Of a stretch of 64,000 bases of DNA, positions 57,791 to 64,000 are shown in pieces. The position numbers and the translations under genes were made by a program. The first letter of the stretch is position 1; every line of letters begins with the position of its first letter. The notes under the pieces are model-generated. The model ran no database searches and was not told the DNA's origin. It saw only the letters and a list, made by a program, of their open reading frames with translations. This DNA comes from Monocercomonoides exilis PA203 (Eukaryota > Protista > Preaxostyla), in the NCBI GenBank assembly GCA_001643675.2, contig LSRY02000035.1, forward strand, positions 310,001 to 374,000, given 5' to 3'.

Positions 57791-59776
57791 ATTATTTCTA
57801 AAAAAAATAAGTCATAATGAATTTCAGATGCAAGGCTAAAATTTTGAAAGAAAAAAGTTCATTGTGAATCATAAAAAAAATAAAATACAATAAAAAAAAA
57901 AAAAAAACACTCGACACAGGTTCATTCTTTCGACCGACACGCATCGCTAAAAATTTCCTTGTCGCAAAGGCCTAATTATATGGGGCAAATTTTTATGCTT
58001 TTATGAAAAAATAACAATTTTTTCCAAACTTTTACTGATATTATATCACTTTAAATCTAACATTTTTATTTGAAAAATTATTAAAATTTTTAAAAACTGA
58101 AAAAAAATATTCGAAAATATTGAGTGGAACAAAAATCATAAAGCAACAAAAATTTTGTGCCAATGGGTGATAATTTTTGAAACAACGATTTTTCATACAA
58201 ATATTTCAGTTTGAAAATCCACTTTGATTTTCTGAAAATAAACACTAAAAAGTTGTTTCTCCTTTCAAATATAATTTTTTCATGACTGAAATCTCAAACA
58301 TAGTCGTTTTAAACAATTATCATGCTTTTTTTCTTTGAAAGAATAATTCCTCTCCCAAAAAAAAAAAAAATAATAAAAATTTTGAAAAATCAATATACCG
58401 AAAAAAGTTATGATAAAAAAACTCACACAATTTATAGATATTATATTTTAAAACATTTATTTTTTATGTGGGTGTGATTGTGTGTATTGCTTATAATAAT
58501 TCAAAAAAGAAAAATTTCCTCTTTTTTGCAAGAAAAGTATTTCGCAATAGAAAATGTGAACTTTTCAATTAGATAATGAATTTTTATTGTCATTTTGCTG
58601 ATCATTTTTGTTATCAAAATTTCGTTCAAATGGTGCAAAACACTTTGCTTCAGGTGTTTTCATTGAAAAATTATGAACTTTTCATTGACTTTTTAAGATC
58701 AAAGAACACAATAAAATGGGTCCATTTTTTGACATTCGTGAAATGTTGGATAACTTTGCGTTTTGATTTCAACAATGCCTGTTCACGGATATGAAAATCA
58801 TAATTTTTTAAAATCTGAGAATGCGAAACAAAGTTATGAGTGAAGCAATTTGTCAATGCCTTGTGCAAAGAATGCTTGAAAGAGCATATTTTCCCTTAAG
58901 TTTTGATCAAATTTTTTTTAATGTGAATTTTTTTTTGTGATATCCAATTGTTCATTCATATTATTTGTGATGCTGTTATTGTAGAATATATTTTGTCAAT
59001 AATTTGTTAAGGATCATATCTTTTCAAAAACCTGTATGATTTTTGATTTCTTTAAGGATCAGTCAAATGATTTTCGTTTTTTTTATTACAAAAGTTACAG
59101 ATTGTTGAGTTTTATTGATCCTTCAAAATTCCAGTGTTGAATATTTAACAACTTATGAAAAAATAAAATCGAATTTCTTTGTAAATTCTACGTGACATTC
59201 AGTTATAATCAAAATATGATCACCAATGAATGAAAAAATGAAAATTTTGTTGCCAACAGTGTGATTATCATGAATGCCGACTTTTTTATGAAATACTTAT
59301 CTGCGAAAAGTTTTTTGTTTTTTGAAAATAAAAAAATATTTTGTAATAGATAAATGCATTTCAATTGCTTCAAAAGCTGATGCCTGAGATCATAGAAAGA
59401 AATTGATGCCATTAGAAAGCTATTTCACTAATTAATGTTCATTTATATCCTTTTTAAAAATATATAAATAAAAAAATTTTTCGTTAAAAAACTATAGATT
59501 ACCAAAATTAAACACATGATTTTATTGTGTTTTATTTAATAAAAGCAGTTTTTCGATGCCGTTGAAAATTAATAAGAAATAAAAAGTGAATTATATTTAT
59601 ATTTCAAAAGTTTTTTTAGTCAAATTTTGTGGAACATAATTTCATAGACGAAGGCATCAAAAAAATGCAGTTTAATGTTTATATTAACAAAATCTATCTT
59701 CTTATTTTGAAAAATTTATTTAATTTGTTTTATTATTTTTTTTCACAAAAAATTTTATAATGTATAATAAAATAAA

Positions 59777-60022
59777 ATGTCTAAATTATTTTGAAAAGTT
59801 CCTTTTGTTTAATTCTCAGGTCAAAATGAAAAATGAATATTTTCATCAAATTTTCATATTAACTCACCAAAATTTATTAGAATGTGAATAATAACATTGT
59901 CAAGCATTAATCCACATTTTAATAAATTTTGGTGAGTTAATATGAAAATTTGATGAAAATATTCATTTTTCATTTTGACCTGAGAATTAAACAAAAGGAA
60001 CTTTTCAAAAAAATTTTGACAT
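59777..60022. repeat. ~245-bp near-perfect palindrome/hairpin (MITE-like)
   Basis: TTTTGAAAAGTTCCTTTTGTTTAATTCTCAGGTC...CACCAAAATTTATTA is mirrored by TAATAAATTTTGGTG...GACCTGAGAATTAAACAAAAGGAACTTTTCAAAA around a short central loop. Confidence 0.9.
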
Positions 60023-60375
60023 ATCTTCATAATCCTTTCAGTAATTTATCAACAACATAGAAAAAAAAAAGAAAATAAAAAAATAATTTTTTTTTGCAGT
60101 TTTATTCCGATGTTCAAATTTGTCATTATTTTCTAAGAAAAATGTTGTTTATCTTTTCATTGAAAAATTAAATTTATTTATGAATAAATACAACAATAGT
60201 ATGTTTTTATAATTATTTCGCAACTGAGTCTTTTTTATTGTAAAATTTTCATGAAGATGTATATTTATCTCCACATGGCCATGCTCTCAACTTCATTGAA
60301 TCAATGATAATTATAAAAAAAAAATTCGAAAAAACACAATTAAAAATAAGTGATTATCATTACATAATATATATT

Positions 60376-61402
60376 ATGGGTCAAAAACCAAACGTTTTCA
60401 TGCCACCAAAGAAAACTTCACAAGAAAAACTTCTCAAGAAAAGAGAAGCTGGCTGGGATGATCGCACACATCAACAGAAACTGCCTGAATACAATCCGTT
60501 ATACGATAAACATCTAAGGCAATTTTTTGAAAAGTATGTAACATTTTACATTTTTTAACATTTAAAATGATCCAAATGATTTTTTCAGTCCAAAAGTTCA
60601 AAGTTATTTTCTAGCTAATGGATTTATAGATAAAGAGGGACATGTAATTGATTTAGAAAAAAATAAAGCAAAAATGCTTATCATTGAACAAGAGTTTAAG
60701 TTTGTTAAAACTGCTTTTATTTAACACTACAATTTATAACAACATATATATTATTGATCTTGCATTTGTTATAGACGAGCAGAACGAGAAGAATATCTTC
60801 TTTTGAAGGAAGAAGAAAGAAGAAGAGTTTGATTCTCTTTGTTTATCAACAATTAATATATTTTTGTTTAGAAACTAGCCAAAGAGGGGAAAGTTGATCC
60901 TTCTCTCGGAAGATCATTCTCAAATGAATCATCTTCTCCGAAAAAAAAGAAAAAAAAGAAGTTGTCAAAAAAAGGGAAACTTGGAAATACGTCAGGATCA
61001 CATGAATTAAATTCAACAGAAAACTCAATGGAAGGAGGACAGAATAGTTTTGGTTATGATGATGATTATGGAAGTGATAAAACTGAAGAACAAAACGAAG
61101 ACAAAAAGGAGTATGATCAAGAAAAAGATGAATTTCATGGAGATGACTATACAACCAAAGAAAGTGAAGAACACGGTCAGAGTGCTGAAAACTCTGCTTA
61201 CGAAAAAAAAGAGGAAGAAGAAAGAGAACGGGCAATTTCGAGTCAAAACAAAGAAGGGTCGGAACAAGAACGAGAAATAGAAAGAGAGCAAACTTCTACT
61301 GATGAAGGCTACAAGGAACAATCAACCCAGGACCAAGATGAAAAAGAAAGAGAAAAGAAAGATGTAGATGAAACGAAAATGACAACCAATGAAAATAACT
61401 GA
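60376..61402 (+). CDS. ERICH3-like (ciliary-type) protein with a Glu-rich tail, about 4 exons
   Basis: YNPLYDKHLRQFFE|PKVQSYFLANGFIDKEGHVID resembles the ERICH3 N-terminal motif (YN.L.D.HL..F....V...L...G.I...G.I). A coiled coil and an acidic tail follow. Confidence 0.6.
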
Positions 61403-62015
61403 ATGAACTCCACACATCATGAATGCTTATTCTCATCAACCTTATACTATCTACTAGCTTTCTGTGTCAAAAATATTTTTCTTCCTCAATTATCTTATAT
61501 TTTTATATGTCTGCTTATTCTGAAGATGCTTCCATATAGAATAGCAATTAACTTTCTATTTGTGTAAATCTCTCACATAATCGTACTTCCTTCAGAATGC
61601 TATCATTTCAGTAATCTATCATTTTTTCTTTTCATCTTTCTCTCCAAATGTGTGAACTTTTTAAATATTATTTTCGGCAATAAACCTTCACTTTTTTCGT
61701 AGCTAATAAGCAAACATTCGTGCTTTCATGGGCTAATTCCATTTATTACTATTTTCCCTCCTTTTCAGAAATTTGTTTTAAATAAAGTACCTTCTGTCAA
61801 ATAATTCGAAGGCAATTTACGTCAGATTAATTTCTTTTAACCATTTAAAATAAAAACAAGAAGATTTACACGCAAGAAGAAACTATTTGAATATTTGACG
61901 TGAAGCGAATGAATAAGAAAAGATTAAACACTACACTTAAATTAAAAAAAGAAACCAGGTCCAGACAAATTTACAAAAAAGATAAAATAAGAGTTGAATG
62001 TTTGTAATGTAATAC

Positions 62016-64000
62016 CTACAATTCAGCATGCTCTTCATCACCTTCTGAATCATCGTCATCTGCACTCGAACCCTGAACACCCAGAAGTGGTTCCACAATT
62101 TCTTTCAACTCTTTGAGTTTCTCTTCGTTTTCTTCCTTCTCAGAATCTGGGTTCTCCTTCAGCCAATCAGAGACATCGCTAACTGCATCTTCAACTTTGG
62201 TCTTTTCCTCCTCGTTCAGTCTAAGGTTCACTTCGCTTTCAGCATCATCTAATTGCTTCCTTAGATCTGATGTGTATGTCTCTAAATCATTGCGAGATTT
62301 CACATTGGCAAGAGCCATCTCGTCCTGTTGCTTGAATTCTTCTGCTTCTCTTGTCATTCTCTCAATTTCTTCTGGTGTCAAACGTCCTTTGTCATTTGTA
62401 ATCACGATAGACTCTTTAAGTCCCATGGCTTTTTCCTCTGCTGTAACTGAAAGAATCTGGTTGGCATCAATTTCAAAGGTGACTTCAATTTGTGGCTCTC
62501 CTCTCTTTGCTGGTGGAATGTTTGACATAGTGAATGTTCCCAATGCGTGATTATCTTTTGTAAGTGGTCTTTCTCCTTCAAACACTTGAATAAGCACATA
62601 GTCCTGGTTATCTTGTGGTGTTGAAAATGTCTTGGTTTTTTTGCATGGAATAATGGTTCCTCTCTCGACGATTGGAGTCATCACACCACCAACTGTCTCA
62701 ATTCCAAGAGTCAATGCAGCTCTGTCAATAATAACCATATCTCTATCTAATGTCTGATTTTTCGAGTCAGAAAGAAGTCCGGCTTGGATGGCTGCACCGT
62801 AGGCAACAGCTTCATCTGGGTTAATTCCTTTTGCAAGCTCTCTTCCATTGAAGAAGTCTCTAACAAGTTGTTGAATCTTTGGAATACGTGAGGAACCACC
62901 AACCATCACGATATCGTCAATATCTCCCTTCTTAAGGTTTGCATCCTTCAGCACTTGTTCAATTGGCTTCAAGGTTCCTCTGAACAGATCAGCATTCAAT
63001 TCTTCAAATCTTGCACGAGTCAAAGTCTCCCTGAAATCTTGTCCTTCAAAGAAATTATCAATTTCAATAATTGCTTGATATGAAGTTGACAACACGCACT
63101 TTGCCTTTTCAACTTCTCGACGCAATTTTTGCATGCAACGATGGTTGGTTGATACGTCGAGTCCAGTCTTCTTTTGCCACAATTTAAGCAAGTGAGTAAC
63201 AACACGTTGATCAAAATCTTCTCCTCCCAAGTGAGTATCTCCGTTTGTGGATAACACCTCAAAAACGCCCTCATCAATTTGAAGAAGAGATACATCAAAT
63301 GTCCCTCCACCAAGATCATAAACAAGAATATTTCTCTCTGCATCATATTTCTTATCCATACCGTATGCAATAGCTGCAGCTGTAGGCTCATTCAAAACAC
63401 GCATCACGTTCATTCCAGCAATGGTACCTGCATCCTTTGTTGCTTGACGTTGTGCATCATTGAAATAAGCAGGGCAAGTGACAACAGCATGAGTAACAGT
63501 TTTGGACAAATAATCTTGAGCAATTGTTTTCATCTTCGTTAAAACCATGGCAGAAATTTCTTCAGGTGAAAATATTTTCGATTCCTTTTTAACCATGACT
63601 TCAACCATTGGTTTTCCTTCCTTATTCACAAGTTTAAATGGGTAGAGCTTAGCATCACGTTTAACTTCCGGATCGTCCCATCTTCGTCCAATTAGTCTTT
63701 TCATATCATATAACGTATTAGTTGGGTTGAGAGACACTTGAGATTTGGCCGCATCACCAATTAATCGATCAGTTTCCGTGAATGCAACCCATGAAGGAGT
63801 TGTTCTATGACCCAATTCGTTGGCAATAATTTCAACACGACCATTTTGATATACACCGACACAACTGTAAGTTGTTCCAAGATCAATACCAATCACAGTT
63901 CCGACTGATGTAAAATCAAATGAAGATCAAAAAATATTCGGACGTGAAATTTTAAAATCTTTCAAAATATTTTCGTTACAAACCTTTTGGCTTTCCATCT
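62016..64000 (-). CDS. HSPA5: ER Hsp70 chaperone BiP/GRP78; 5' end beyond the window
   Basis: [39 protein letters not shown] and [12 protein letters not shown] are present. The C-terminus is HAEL (HDEL-like) rather than EEVD. There is an intron at ~63908-63983. Confidence 0.95.

Larger units (their letters stand above)
52798..57973. mobile_element. 5.2-kb decayed DNA transposon with 14-bp TIRs and a 10-bp TSD
   Basis: Starts AGGCCTTTACGACA and ends TGTCGCAAAGGCCT (13/14 inverted match). AATTATATGG flanks it at 52788-52797 and 57974-57983. TCGACCGACA occurs near both ends. The interior is stop-riddled coding-like sequence. Confidence 0.8.

Noticed and set aside
53400-57800. In-frame TAA/TAG as evidence of a reassigned genetic code (as in Streblomastix)
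   Set aside because: Conserved genes end in TAA (RPL26, Derlin), TAG (BiP, ARL) and TGA. The stops here come with TGA and frameshifts, which indicates decay.
58570-59420. Short ORFs in AT-rich intergenic DNA
   Set aside because: No recognisable motif and no consistent splice structure.
59515-59695. Weak inverted similarity (GCAGTTTTTCGATGCC / GGCATCAAAAAAATGC)
   Set aside because: Too short and degenerate in AT-rich DNA to call an element.

Overview
Eukaryotic, AT-rich, intron-dense protist DNA using the standard code (TAA, TAG and TGA all end genes). Short GT..AG introns, often with GTTTG donors, plus Ser-rich expansions and one characteristic surface-protein family suggest an oxymonad such as Monocercomonoides; the organism call is inference. 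About 14 spliced genes can be rebuilt by hand: a steroid-5-alpha-reductase/TECR-like 3' end, PARG, a secreted Gly/Tyr-rich protein, p24/GOLD, Derlin, an ARL6-like GTPase, a TmcB-like multipass membrane protein ending in a hemerythrin domain, an N-acylated Lys/Asp-rich protein, an EamA/WAT1-like transporter, a ~4,300-aa triple-RRM protein, an MFSD1-like transporter, RPL26, a calmodulin-like protein and an ERICH3-like protein, plus a partial BiP. Intergenic DNA holds several inverted-repeat elements. These include a two-copy 240-bp MITE with 4-bp TSDs and a 5.2-kb decayed DNA transposon with a perfect 10-bp TSD. One intron contains a 2.6-kb (TTTA)n array. The best candidate for a new system is the TmcB-scaffold membrane receptor coupled to a hemerythrin domain, a putative O2/NO/redox sensor. 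Next are the 10-bp-TSD element with pogo-like remnants and a repeat-expansion zone that begins about 1 kb into each long gene. Exon boundaries were read by eye and may be off by a few bases.
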